Source: Callorhinchus milii (lineage: Eukaryota). From it: 64,000 nucleotides of DNA. The notes below the pieces were generated by a model that had not been told where the DNA came from, did not search any database, and saw only the letters and a program-made list of their open reading frames with translations. The stretch is taken from positions 109,866,001 through 109,930,000 of the forward strand of contig NW_024704743.1 in NCBI RefSeq assembly GCF_018977255.1, in the 5' to 3' direction. Shown here in pieces: positions 12,906 to 25,820 of the stretch. A program made the translations under genes and the position numbers. The stretch's first letter is position 1, and the number at the start of each line of letters is the position of its first letter.

Positions 12906-13595
12906 TCCGGAACATCGCCAGACTACGGCACTACCTCACCCCTCACGCTGCCGAAACCCTGGTTCACGCCTTTGTCACCTCAAGGCTGGACTATGGGAAC
13001 GCTCTCCTCGCCGGCCTTCCCGCCACCTCCCTCCACAAGCTGCAGGTCATTCAGAACTCTGCAGCTCGTGTACTGTCCCGCACCAGGCTTCGGGACCACA
13101 TCACTCCCATCCTCGCTCGCCTCCACTGGCTCCCCATCCCCCAGAGGATTGATTTCAAGATCCTCATCCTCACCTACAAGGCCATTCACGGCCTTGCTCC
13201 CTCCTACCTCTCCAACCTACTATCCCCTTACCTACCTGCCCGTACCCTCCGTTCCTCTGGCTCCGGTCTGCTCCACGTCCCCCGCCCCAACCGCCCTACC
13301 ATCGGTGGTCGGGCCTTCAGCCTCTCAGCCCCGAGGCTCTGGAACTCCATCCCCCAGTGCCTTCGCCTTCCTTCTTCCCTTTCCTCCTTCAAGGCCGGTC
13401 TCAAAACCTTTCTCTTTGACCGTGCCTTCAGCTCCCCTCTCGACTCTCTTCCCCCTCCTCGCTCCCTCCCTTCCCTCCCCTCACCCTGACCATTTCCCCC
13501 CTGCTCGGGTCATGACCCAACTGTGCAGCGCCTTGGGACGTCCTCCTGACGTGAAAGGCGCTTTATAAATGGAATCTTGTTGTTGTTGTTGTTGT
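12906..13595 (+). mobile_element. Young 5'-truncated L2 LINE
   Basis: Nearly identical to the 3' part of the 29993-31185 copy; (TTG)n tail. Confidence 0.95.
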
Positions 13596-14757
13596 ATTCT
13601 GATGGCTTTGCTTTGTCCTATGCTGCATGGTTTCCTACAGAATTCGTAACACTCCTTCGGAACCCAACTTTTAGCAGAGAGACATTAGCAACCTGGTGAC
13701 ATACATTCATGAAGTGAGTCAGATACATTTCTGTGTAACAGTGTCAGAGTCTCATATGCAGCTTCAAGCTTGGTTCATCTCAGAAGATTGAGTTCACAGG
13801 TTTCACTGATGTGGATTGTCAGGGCTCCAGGCACTCCAGAGAAACATTTAGGAACATTCGCAGGGAGAGCTACTCAAGATTGTTGCAGTTGGTCCACCTG
13901 GATCCTTCAAAACTCATATAAATATTCCTTACATTTGACAAAGCACCTCTCATGTCGGCAGGACGTCTAAAAGTGCTTCTTAAGATTCACTGTAAAGTGC
14001 AATGACTCTGTGTTTTGTAGTCGAACTTGTTTTAATGTATCATCTGAAGGACGACATCTCTGACAACCCATGCTCCTGCACTGGAATGCCAGCCTAGACT
14101 GTGAGTTCAAAGTCCCATCATGGAGCTTGAACCTATAACTTTCTGACTCAGAAGTGAAAGTGCTACACTGAACCAGGCTGATAACTCAATAGAATTTTTC
14201 ACCAAATAGCTATCTAACTCCCTGGTGAATTTTCGATGTTGGATGTGAGATGGAGTTGCGAGGATTTTTTTTATGCTTAAATTCTGGACAGATGGTCTGA
14301 GCGCAAAGATCTTGTACAACCATGTTTCTACATAACAACCACTCGGATCATTTGGTTGCACTCTTGCCTCAAGGCCAGAAAGTTTTGAGCTCATAGTCCA
14401 GATTGATCATCCAGTTCAGTGCTTTTAGGAGAATGGGCGACAAAGGCTGTATTTTTGGAGGTGCTATCCTTCAGATAAGACGTTAAACTGTGATCCCGTC
14501 TGCCGCTTCTTGTAGCCGTTAACTGTCCCACAACACCTGGTAAAATTGCTCATTCCCTGCCTAGCTGATTTTGGGACCTTGCTGTGAGAAAATTGGCTGC
14601 TGTGTTCGCCAACAAATGCATCAGTACAGCAATTACCTGTGAAATGCTCTTGAAATGATACAACATTTTAGGCTCTCTAATAAATTGAAGGTTTTTTTAT
14701 TATTATTACTATTATAATAATAGTGAATTTTTTTTAACGAAAGACCGTCACACTTAC

Positions 14758-14842
14758 CTACAGGCTGGTATCCTTGCCTGGAAGGTCCCCCGAATGGATT
14801 CCGGGCACCAAAGCCACTGCCATCGATAGCCCCGTATGACAT
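14758..14842 (-). CDS. TSNARE1: First coding exon (CDS part) of t-SNARE domain-containing protein 1; whole exon about 14758-14882
   Basis: Minus strand from the ATG at 14842 (AGCAAC-ATG, A at -3) reads MSYGAIDGSGFGARNPFGGPSRQGYQPV, matching the recalled vertebrate TSNARE1 N-terminus (MSYGSI..G.GSRGPFGGPSRQG.QP). It ends at a canonical phase-1 donor TAG|GTAAGT (GT at 14757-14756); the acceptor tgtctgttccccag ends at 14883. Confidence 0.9.
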
Positions 14843-15946
14843 GTTGCTGATGGCAGACCAAGTTGTGGGCCTCTGAACACTGCTGGGGAACAGACACATC
14901 CCTGTTAGAACGATCATTTGATCTAAACCACATCAAAAGATTGTATGTGCAAACACGTGTTAAGAGAGTATAATTCAAGGTCAGAATAATTGCTCGCTGA
15001 CCCTCAGCCTTAGGATACAAACCTACCTCACATAACATGGGTTCAACCTACAGAGTGCGTTCCAACACAACAAAGAAAAGCTTTGAACAACTCACCCTCG
15101 AATGCCTCAGGTTGGTCTCATGCTATCGCATGCTAGAGCAGAAAGAAAGTCTACCCGCACCCTTCCAACCAAATCTGTGTTAGCCTCCCTTTACCTTCCC
15201 AAAGAGGCAATTCTGATCCTGCCAAATCCCAAAGAGAAACCAATACTACCAAAATGCACAGAACTGCGTAGGACAACAATTTATACAGCGACTTTCACGT
15301 CAGGAGACCCTCACAAAGCACCTTACAAAGTCGAAGCAGGAGCCAAACCTGCGATAGATGGACATGCAGAAATATCGTCTTCAGTATATCTCAGGTCAAT
15401 GCAGGCGTAAGGTGGACACGTGCAATATGCCGGATGTGTGGTACACTTCTCACTTCTGGCCCTGACTCGCTGGCTTCATGCACATTAGCCCCCCGATGTT
15501 TAGCATCTTGCTCTTTGTCCCAGAAAACTCTTTTAAAGTCCTATCTCTGGCTATCCTTCAGCTATCTCCCTTTACTTCCCTCCCCCTCTCACCACCCCCC
15601 CACCATCTCTCTCGCAGCTTCACCAGCTACATCCTTTTCCCAAAGAGCATTGGTGAATTGAGTCCCTTTCATCTGCTGGGATTGAGCACAATTTCCTTCT
15701 GATCATATGGTTTAGCTTACGTTCCTGTTACTGAATATCCACTGTAAAGAAGCCACTCTGGTGGATAAAGTCTGAGAAGTAAAGACTGGGAGTTCCTTTG
15801 TTATCAGAAGCTCTCCAAAAGAATCCACCAAACTCAGCAGACAAAAACTCTTCAGGGAACTGGTGGTGAATGCTTCTGAGCAGACATTTCCCCTGCAATT
15901 CTTTTACTGCACACTGAAGCTTGAGGTTCTTGCAGTAGGAACCAAT

Positions 15947-16460
15947 CAACAACAACAACAACAAGATTCCATTTATAAAGCGCCTTTCACGTCAGGAGGG
16001 GACGTCCCAAGGCGCTGCACAGTTGGGTCAGGACCCGAGCAGGGGGAAATGGTCAGGGTGAGGGGAGGGAAGGGAGGGAGCGAGGAGGGGGAAGAGAGTC
16101 GAGAGGGGAGCTGAAGGCTCGGTCAAAGAGAAAGGTTTTGAGACCGGCCTTGAAGGAGGAAAGGGAGGAAGCGGCGAAGGCACTGGGGGATAGAGTTCCA
16201 GAGCCTGGGGGATGAGAGGCTGAAGGCCCAACTACCGATGATAGGGCGATGGGGGCGGGGGACGTGGAGCAGACCGGAGCCGGAGGAACGGAGGGTACGG
16301 GCAGGTAGGTAGGGGGATAGTAGGTCAGAGAGGTAGGAGGGAGCAAGGCCATGGATGGCCTTATAGGTGAGGATGAGGATCTTGAAATCAATCCTCTGGG
16401 GGATGGGGAGCCAGTGGAGGCGAGCGAGGGTGGGTGTGATGTGGTCCCGAAGCCTGGTGC
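15947..16460 (-). mobile_element. Young L2 3' fragment
   Basis: Same subfamily sequence, with (CAA)n on the + strand. Confidence 0.92.
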
Positions 16461-16699
16461 AAAGATTCAGCTGAGATGTTAAACCTGCCTTCCTTCTTCA
16501 GGTGGGCAGATGTTGAAGAACCTTTGACACTCCACAAAAGGCTGAAGCAGCTTCTCCACATGTCCTGACTAACAATTCGCCAGATAAACTTGTTTGCTGG
16601 CCTGAAGGTGGTCCGTGGGACCTTGCATTGTGCATTCAACCTCCAATGTTTGCTGAGCAAACGCCAATGGTGGCAGGTGCACCATTCCTCCAGGAAGTG

Positions 16700-17088
16700 A
16701 AAATCAGATACAGGGAGTCAGTATTCTTCCCTCTCAGCTCCAGTTAACCGTGCAAGCCAAACCCCCACCAGATAGGGTGGTCCTCTCTGGACAAGCAGCA
16801 GGAAGTTTGCTAGACACTACTTTCAATGGCAAGTTATGTGATTTTAGCTGGTTAAGTCCAGCATCAACCAAACGCAAACTCAGGGATCTCCAGACCCCAC
16901 GGCTTATGCCAACCTGCACCAAATATACCCCAGAATTTGGATAAGCAGGATGTGTCCCTTTAGGAAAAGTGCATATTCATTCCAGACACAAAGACATTTT
17001 ACATGTGGAACTCCCAGTTTGGTTTGGATACGCTTAAACAGATTGATGGGTTTATACATGTGTCAGACACTCAGGTGACCACCAAAAA
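16700..17088 (-). repeat. Unclassified interspersed repeat copy
   Basis: Reverse-complement similarity to 2735-3080. Confidence 0.75.
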
Positions 17089-19510
17089 AGACTGACTGAG
17101 GGATTCAGAAACTCTTGTGAATCTTGCAAATTGTAGACTCCCCACTGGGTGAAAACCATCTGTCAAACTGGAGGCAAAGGAGTAATGTAATTTGTTGTTG
17201 TTCTTCCACCTTTGGCACATTCAACTTTCGGCTGATGTACAACAAAGGAGTTTGCAACTATACCAAGGTGACAATTTAAGATGCTCTCTCTTTTAATACT
17301 CTTTGCCCTCAAGATTGCTCTGCCTCGCAGACAAACTTAGTTCTGAAGATCGTTCAAAACTGGACCAGTTCTGCCGTTGCTGAGATTGCATTTGTGAAGC
17401 GAACAAAACCAATTCTGCCTTCATCTCATGAGTACTTTTCTGCTTTAAGCAAGATAAACATCTCTCCAATTAGCGAAGACCAACAATGTTTTGTCTTGTT
17501 CACCACAAACAGACTGAAAGAGCTTGGGGGTGGTGGTGGAGAGATGGATCATGCAAGAGGCTACACCTGAGGCTAGTGCTGTTGTACACAAGGAATATTT
17601 CGGACTGCCTGATCGGATTCTGAGGGAACTGCAGGGAAATGTGGCTACTGATGGGCAAAAGCAACACAGACCTAATCATAGATAATATCACCCTGCAGCT
17701 GTTCTGCTTCAATCCTAAACTTATAGTACACTATGTTTTTTTCATACATTCTCTATTGTACCCGTCAGCATCCTGAATCATCCTGACAATCATCCCCCCG
17801 GCATTATTTTCTTTACCATTCATCATCGTAATCCTCTGAGGGAGGTTTTTCCTTCATAAGCTCCGACTAACTCAACCAAAACTTCGCAGCCTGTATTCTC
17901 TCACACAACAGGCTTCCAATGTCCATTACCTCCCCAGGCCCCTCTTTCCCCACGACCACCCCAGCCTCACTCTTCCTCCCCAACCCTATCCAGCCAGCTA
18001 GCCATCCTCTTCAATTTCCACGGACTGCCAGTACACCAACTTCAAACCTGTCTCCTAATGTTAAAAAGTTTTGCTCCTTTGTATATCTGCTTTTTCTCCA
18101 GACCTATTCTGCTGCCTACGCCCTCCATTCAACTGACTTGGATCTATTTCTCCACATCATCATCACTAGGTAACGCTTCAACCACTAATGCATTAACCTG
18201 TGCTCTGGAACTCCATCCACTTGCTACCTATAGAATATATATCTGTTTGACCGTGCACTTGGTCAACATTCTTTCATTTCTCCCTCTTCCCCTCCTTTTC
18301 TTCTCTGCTCGGGATAGATATCAATCGACTTCTTAAAACACTTCAAGCTACAATGAAACAACACCACACACCCCCACCCCATATGAATTACACTGTATAA
18401 GTAAGTGCAGGTTGCACTCAAAATAGTTTTGAATGAGCATAAACAGCAGCTAGTGGCTGGGAATGGATCACGGATTTGTGATGTTCTCGAGGCATCTTGC
18501 GGAATTGCAAACAGTGCTCTCATCATCACCCATGTACCATTTAGTATCTAATATCCCTGTCCAAGTTGTCTCTTTTCAAAGTTGAAGAGCCCTATCATAT
18601 TATGTCGATCCTCATAGAACCACTGTAATTTACAAACCAATAATTATCCTGGCGTTTCATATAGGACACCACTGAGAGAAAATCCTTTCTCTTTTTGAAT
18701 AGTGCCACAAGATTGTTAATGTTGACCCGAATAGGCAGGCAGCACCTTGGTTCAACATCTCATCCAAACAACAGCATCTCCGACAATGCAGTTGTTCCCT
18801 AGCACTGCACCTCCCGCAGTACTGCTGATAGCTTGCCAGCTAAAAGCTATGCTATGCGGTATTAGCGGGTTAGACACCAGCAGTATCTCAACACACATTC
18901 ATGGCTCTGCAAATCTGCACCTAATACTCTCCGAACGTAGATAAACAGGATACGTCCCAAGAGAGAGATTATGCATTCCACTCAATAAACATCTCTAGAA
19001 TTTACATGTATAGGTGGCATGCATGGAAATCTCAGTTTGGTTTAAATATGGTGGTGAGTTTTCATGTGTGTCAGATACTTGGCTGACCAACAAAATAATA
19101 TAATCCATTTCTTCCCTAGCCATGTTGTTTTATATTTCTAGCGAGCCCATCCCATTGTCTTAATACTGGGGGAGAGGGATGGAGTGGAGGAATCATGCCT
19201 TGATGATCTTCTTCGGTCTCCACCCCCTCATGGGCAACCAGAACATTTCTGTTGTATGGAAGCATCATTGAAACTAAACTCAATTGGTGTTTTTGACAGC
19301 TGCCTTCCTTTCTGCCTACCCACTCAGCCCCTACCTCCCCTCCACCAGTCGCTGCTATATTTTGCTAATCTCAATTCCCCGTTCCCCCCAACCCACAGAA
19401 GAGAAGAACTGGAACAACCTTGTAAAACTAGAGAGAGAAAAAAAAGTTGTTACACTGAGTAGACACATTGACTTTCTTCTCTCATGTCTGCATTGTCAGT
19501 GAAAATAGCA

Positions 19511-19633
19511 TTATAATAATAATAATAATAATCCTTGCATTTGATATAGCGCTTTTCACGTCGGGAGGACGTCCCAAAGCGCTTCACAGAACACACTGTA
19601 AAGTGAATTGACTGTATATTTGTGGGCGAACGC
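19511..19633 (-). mobile_element. SINE 3' tail fragment
   Basis: Near-identical to the tail of the 36061-36360 SINE. Similar tails occur at about 27520, 35805, 37430, 43190 and 49370. Confidence 0.85.
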
Positions 19634-20089
19634 ATTGTCCCTTTTGAGGAAAATTACAACTATGTCCAAACAACAACTCCAAGTGCCCAGCTTAATAATT
19701 AACACAAGGTGACGGCTGGCAATTTGGAAGTGGTTGGGAGAGACATAGTGGTCGGTCTATATACACAAGTTGGCACTCCATTGCCAATCTGCAAAGTCTG
19801 CTCAGCTGTTCTCTTTTCCACTCACCCTTTCATCAGCCAGGCTATCTCTTCACAACTGGCACTGTCAAAATAATTGTCAAGCGGTGCTCTGAGGAGATGA
19901 CCGCAGAGTTCTGAGGCAAAAAAGAAAACATGGGAGAGAGCCACAAATCAAAAATAATTCCAGTCTCCGCTTCTCCTCCTCTCCCCCATCCTCATTTGAC
20001 AGGCATTCCTCCCTAATTAGCCAGGCAAGCAGAATCTCCAGCAGGGCCTCAGAGCTTCCAGTGACACTATGTTTTCTAACTTTATCAGA

Positions 20090-20623
20090 CTAGCTGTACC
20101 CGTTGCAGCTATGCCTGCAACCAAAGGATCCAATGTGGAAGGTAGATTGTCATACAGACAGACATTTCATCTTTATCTATACTCATCTGGGAGGACTCCT
20201 GTGGGAGGACTTTCTTTGGCCGTGCTGTTCTTTGAGTGGGCAACTCATTTTGGTGTGCTGTTGCAGTTCTTTTAGATTAGAAATGCACTGTTCTTTGTTA
20301 TTCAGTTTCATTTAATGGGACTTCTCTCTTTTGTCTAGCATTATTACTTATCGTTGAAAGATTTGATTTTCACCTCGGCAGCTTTATAATGATAAATATA
20401 AATGTATAATGTACAATCACTGGGACGTCCTCCCGACATGAAAAGCGCTTTAAAAATGTAATTTTGTTGTTGTTGCCGTGGCTTAGCTTCATCTGTGTTC
20501 TTTAATTTGTTCCCGCCGCTTGGCTATGTGCGTGCTCAGTGACACAGGATGCCACAGTGCAGACGCGCAGACAGACATTGCCATTTTAATAGTATAGATA
20601 GAAGAAAATAGATAGATAGAAGA
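20090..20623 (-). mobile_element. Short non-autonomous Helitron related to the 54.5-57.6 kb element
   Basis: 20090-20150 is the reverse complement of the large element's 3' end (ggatcctttggtt...tagctgcaacgggtacagCTAG|T). Minus 20623-20570 reads tcttctatc...tctatactattaaaatggcaatgtctgtctg, like its 5' end. The interval may be two pieces. Confidence 0.7.
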
Positions 20624-20767
20624 TAAGTCACCTACAGTTTGGCCGGGAGAAGTGGGGAAACGGAAGGAGGGGGCAAAAGCATTGGCATTGCTTTATGTCA
20701 GATATTGGGATTTTATGGATCCTAATCTCTGTGTTTAATTAAGTGTCAGCGTGTCTCAGTTGGTAGA

Positions 20768-21870
20768 AACAACAACAAAATTACATTTGTATAGCGCCTT
20801 TCATGTTGGGAGGATGTCCCAAGGCGCTGGACAATCAGATCGGAGGATCGGGGAGGATGGAGGGCAGGGGTGAAGGAGGATGACCGAAGGCACGTCGAAG
20901 AGGAGCATCTTGAGATGGGTCTTGAAGGAGGCAAGGGAGGGAGTTGCACGTGACGGTGCAGGGGGTTGGAGAAGAAGCCTGTAATGGCGACAAAGTGGAG
21001 ACAGTGGGAGAGCTAGGATTTGAACCAGGCAAGGGCAAGTCCGGGAAGATTGAGCTGAGAAAAGACGAGGTGTAGGAGGATAGAATGGTCAACAGTGTCG
21101 AAGGCAGCAGAGAGGTCGAGGAGGACAAGGAGGCAGAGAGAGCCCTGGTCGCAGATGTTCAGAATGTTGTTAGTGACATTGACCAGGGCTGTTTCCGTGC
21201 TGTGGGGGGTTCAAAGAGGAAATGGCAAGAGAGGAAAGAGTGAAGCTGGGACACGATGACTCATTCCAGGGCCTTGGAGAGAAATGGGAGGTTGGAGATG
21301 GGGCGATAGCTGGAGAGTAGGGATGGGTCCAGGGAAGGGTTCTAGAGGATGAGGGTGATGACAGCTGTTTTTAGAGAGGTGGAAACAGTGCCAGTGGATA
21401 AGAAGAGGTTGATGATGTTGGTTAAAAGAGGGGCCAGAAGGTGGAGCTGGGAGATGAGGAGACGGGTGGGGATGGGATCGAGGGAGCAGGTGGTGGGCTT
21501 CCTTTTTGAGATGATGGAGGTGAGGGAAGAGTGGGAGACAGGGTCGAAGATGTGTAGGGAGGTATGGGTGGGGGCCAGGGCGTGAGAGGAAGGTGGCGAG
21601 GGGGTAGCGGTGGACGGGGAGAGGTAGCTGAACAAATCCCCTCGATTTTGGATTCGAGGAAGTCCAACATCTCCTCGCAGGTGATGCTAGGGTAGTGGAC
21701 AGAGGAGGCAGTTAGTGGTGGAGAAGAGGAGCCTGGGATTGTCCTTGGCCTCCAAGATTATCTTGGAATAAAAGGATGATTTGGCAGAGGCGAAGGTGGA
21801 ACGGTAAGTCCTAATGTGGTAAAGCCAATTCTGCTGATGGACCGTTAGGTTTGATTTGGTCCAGGTGCGT
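20768..21870 (-). mobile_element. L2 fragment with internal deletion
   Basis: KPTTCSLDPIPTRLL...LKTAVITLIL, LDLSAAFDTVDH-like segment and L2 tail at 20768. Confidence 0.88.
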
Positions 21871-24689
21871 TCTGCAGCGCAAATTGGCTGTCTTATTCAC
21901 TAGATATACAGGCACTTTACAGTAAAATCCTGAGGCTCTTTGAGAGATTCTCTCATGTGAAAGGTGTTAGCAAATGCAAGAATTATTATTTTTACTTGGC
22001 TCCACTAGTAACAGGGATCATACTGTTAGATGTAAAGGCTTATTATAGGCACATTATCCCTAACAGAAAGGGACATAGTAAATTGGGTGTTCGTTTTGTG
22101 CTAAGAGAAGTTGGGAAAAACATCTTAAATTGTGCTTCTAACCTCCCTCCCAATTGGTTACTTGTCTGTGCAGGAGTTAAGAGCGTTAAGAAAAAGCATT
22201 GTCATGAAGAAAGAAATTACAATATAGAAAAACCCTCTACCAATTCGCTCAAGGAGAAAAATGCTTTTCTTTTTGTGATATTCGCTTTAAGATTATTCCC
22301 GCAGGTTGGTAAATAGGTGACAAGGGAGCAGGGGCAGGAGGGGTGCAGGGTGGGCACAAACTTTCAGCAGAAGGGTTGTGGGGGGGATTAAAATGAGTGA
22401 TCACCAGAACACGGACTGCCCTGCCACGAGTGGCTCTTGAAGCCGAGACTGCAACAGCAACTTAAAAAGGGAATTGGATAAGCATTTGAAGAGAAATAAT
22501 ATAAAAGGGTGCAGGGACTGAGCAGGGAATTGGGACTGGAGCAGACGGATTCATCCTGCGATGCAATTTCAATAGGCTGTCTTCTCTGTCAAGTTGACCA
22601 GACCGATAAGGTTCATTGCCTACATAACAATAGATCAGAAGATCAGTTTGGATTAAGAAGGTCATTCAGCTGACTTGGTTTCAAACCTGTAACCTTGGAT
22701 ATTTACCAGGAGGCCAAGCATCTGTGCCGTCTCTCTGGGCAAGCCACACTTTCAATCCCACTGCTCTGCCCTAACCCCAATACTCTTTCTAGTCTCTAAA
22801 CTTTCATATACCAATCCACTTCCCTCTTGAAACCCACAAAGGAGGTATTCCAGAATACCTACCCTCCCATTCTGCCACCAAACTTTTTAAAAAATATATC
22901 CAGTGTCCTGACCTCACTCATCTTTCCTGGGAATCTGTTCCAGTTGTTAATTATCCTCTGGGTATCAGGAAGATTTCCTTTATCGGTCCTAAAATTGCCC
23001 TTTACAAACTCTAACCCCATGTCCACTTTGTCTGCTTGTTTTGATCATCCCAAAGTATGGTTCTGGATTTTCTTTTTCAGGTCATTTAAAAGTTGTGTAC
23101 ATCTCTATAAAGGTCCCCTCTGTGTCTTCTCTCAAGACTGAAGAGCCATACTATATTCAAAATCGATTCATTTCCAAATCAGCATCCCTTTTTAATTTGC
23201 TTCCTTTAGGTGCGACTTCAAAACCAAGATCCCACCTGCTTGTTCTGGTGAACTAATCCTAATTACTATTCAAAGGGAGTTTCTCCAGAGTGCTACAATT
23301 CCCCAAATTTGAAACAAATGGCCGTTTGTGGGACACTGCTGCACAAAATACACAGTCAAGCCACTTTCTTTACAGTATATCCTTTGAAGTGCTTTGAGAC
23401 GTCTCAATGACGTGATAAGGCACTTGATCGAATGCAAGGATTATTATTCTATATAGCTGCCCGTTTGCAATCACTACGTTTTATAGAAAACATTTGAAGC
23501 ACTTTGAGATGTTTCAACGTGCGTCAAATGCAAGGATTATCATTATCACCCCAATAATAATCAAATGGTATTCAACATCGCAATACATTTTATAATATAT
23601 CCTATAAAACGCTTTGAGACTTCCACTTGATGTGAAATTCGCTATATCAAATGTAAGGATTATTATTAGTGTATTATTTAATAATTTGACTACCATCCTT
23701 AGAGGACAATTGAATTGGGTTGAGTTGGATAGGGCTGGTCAGTAGAAGTCAGTGTCTACTACAAACAGCCATTTATTTCTTCTGCTGTGTTTTCCTCCCA
23801 GCAACTTCCATCTCGCTCAAGAAGGGGATTTAGTGGCAGAAGAGCTAGACATCTAATAAGCTCCACGAGGAGCACACCTATCATATTTGTCTTGACAAAT
23901 GTACTCTGCTGATGGATTATGAGGGTTGCCGCAGTAACCCTGGAGTTCTGGTCCTATTTTTATTAGAAACTGCTCAAGGTTTCAGTGTTACGAAAATTGA
24001 CTATCTGCAAGGAAGTCATTTACAAAGAGCCCTTTGTATACAACCCGAGTCTGTTTCAATTGCAGCAAAATGGGATCAAAAGAGGATGAGAAAAAGGGAG
24101 ATAAAAGAGGTGAAAGAGCCAGGGGGTGAGGGGTCAAGAGTGAGGAAGCATGATGGGTTGAAATAACTTCACCCTCAGAGAGAAAAGCTGATGGAGGAGC
24201 AAAGAGATAGTGAGAAACAAAACACAGGAGAAGGAGCGAGAAATAAAAGAGACTAGGATGGCATGAGACCCAGGACCAAGATGTACGTAAAGATATGTAA
24301 GGATTAAGGACACAATGCAATACAAATTTACATTTATATAGCATTTTACACATTGGGAGGATGTTCCAAGGTGCTTAACAATGCCGGCTTGGCACTTAAG
24401 CTACATGTAAAAGCCAAGAGGAGTGGGTAGGGAGAAAGATGACTAACAGATCAAAAACATAGCCCTTGGGGCAGTCAAGGTGACAGAGAGAGTGAATCAG
24501 AGGAACTCCTGGATGGAGTCAAGAAATGAAGTTTGTGTGCAATGAAACAAAAAGCAGCGCAGTCAGCAAAGAAACCAAGAGAAATTAAGAAACAACATTT
24601 TGATGTTCGGGAAGAGCACAAGTCACTTAGAACCACAGGAATTTACAGCACAGAAGAAAGCCATTGGCTTTGTCCTGTCTGTGCTGGGT

Positions 24690-25820
24690 GATGACATTCT
24701 GTCCATCTATGATGGACTCTCTCTCTGCCTGTTTGTCCTCCTCGACCTCTCTGTCACTGTCGACCATTCTATCCTCCTCCACCGCCTCTCAGCTCAACCA
24801 TCACGGACCTGCCCTTGCCTGGTTCAAATCCTAACTCTCCAACCATCTCCACTTTGTCTCCACTAACAGCTTCTCTTCCAGCCCCCGCTCGGTCACGTGT
24901 GGCATCCCTCAGTGCTCTGTCCTTGGTCCCCTCCTTTTCAACATTTACATGCTCCTTCTTGGTGACATCATCTGTAGACATGGGGTCAATTTCCACATGT
25001 AACCAGATGATACCCAACTCTACCTCTCCACCTCCATCCTGGACTCCAGGACCACTGCTGTCCTCACAGACATCAAGTTCTGGATGAGAGCAAACTTCCT
25101 TCAGTTGAATGTCAGTTGTCAGCGCCTCCAAACCTCGGGCACTGACAGCATCACTCTTCATGGATACACACTGCACCTCATGGAGCCAATACAGAACCTC
25201 AGCCTCCTATTCGACCCTCAATTGTCCTTCATACTCCACATCCAAGCTACGACCTGCTCTGCCTTTCCCCACCTCCGCAACATTGCCCAGCTCCGCCACT
25301 CTCTCACACTGCAGGCCGCCGAGACCCTCATCCACACATTCATCACATCCAGGCTTGACTATGCAAACTCGCTGCTTGTCGGCCTACTCAATTCCTCCCT
25401 CCACAGGCTGCAGATGATCCAGAACTCTGCGGCCTGTGTCCTCTCCCGTACCAGGCTCCGCGATCCTATCATCCCTATCCTCGCCTGGGCTCCACTGGCT
25501 CTCCATCACTCAGAGGGTACAGTTCAAGATCCTGTTCCTCCACGCCTTGCCCACCCCACCATTGGCGGGTGGGACTTCAGTCACTCTGCCCCCACCCTCT
25601 GGAACTCCGTCCCAAATTCCCTCCTCTTTGCTGCCTCCCTTGTCACCTTCAAGACCCATCTCAAGACCCTTCTTTTCGACCATGCCTTCGGTCACCATCC
25701 TACCCCTATCCACCCCATCCTGATCCTAACCAGCTCAGGTGCGGATCCCTGACTGTCCTGTATCTTGGGAGGTCCTCCTGACAGGCAAGGCACTATACAA
25801 ATGTAATTTGTTGTTGTTGC
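24690..25820 (+). mobile_element. Decayed L2 LINE 3' part
   Basis: LLDLSVTVDHSILL, MRANFLQLN, SRLDYANSLL, FKTHLKTLLF and a (TTG)n tail. Confidence 0.9.

Noticed and set aside
13637..13713. Plus-strand exon-like segment (tttcctacag ... gtgagt)
   Set aside because: Stops in all three frames and no supporting context.
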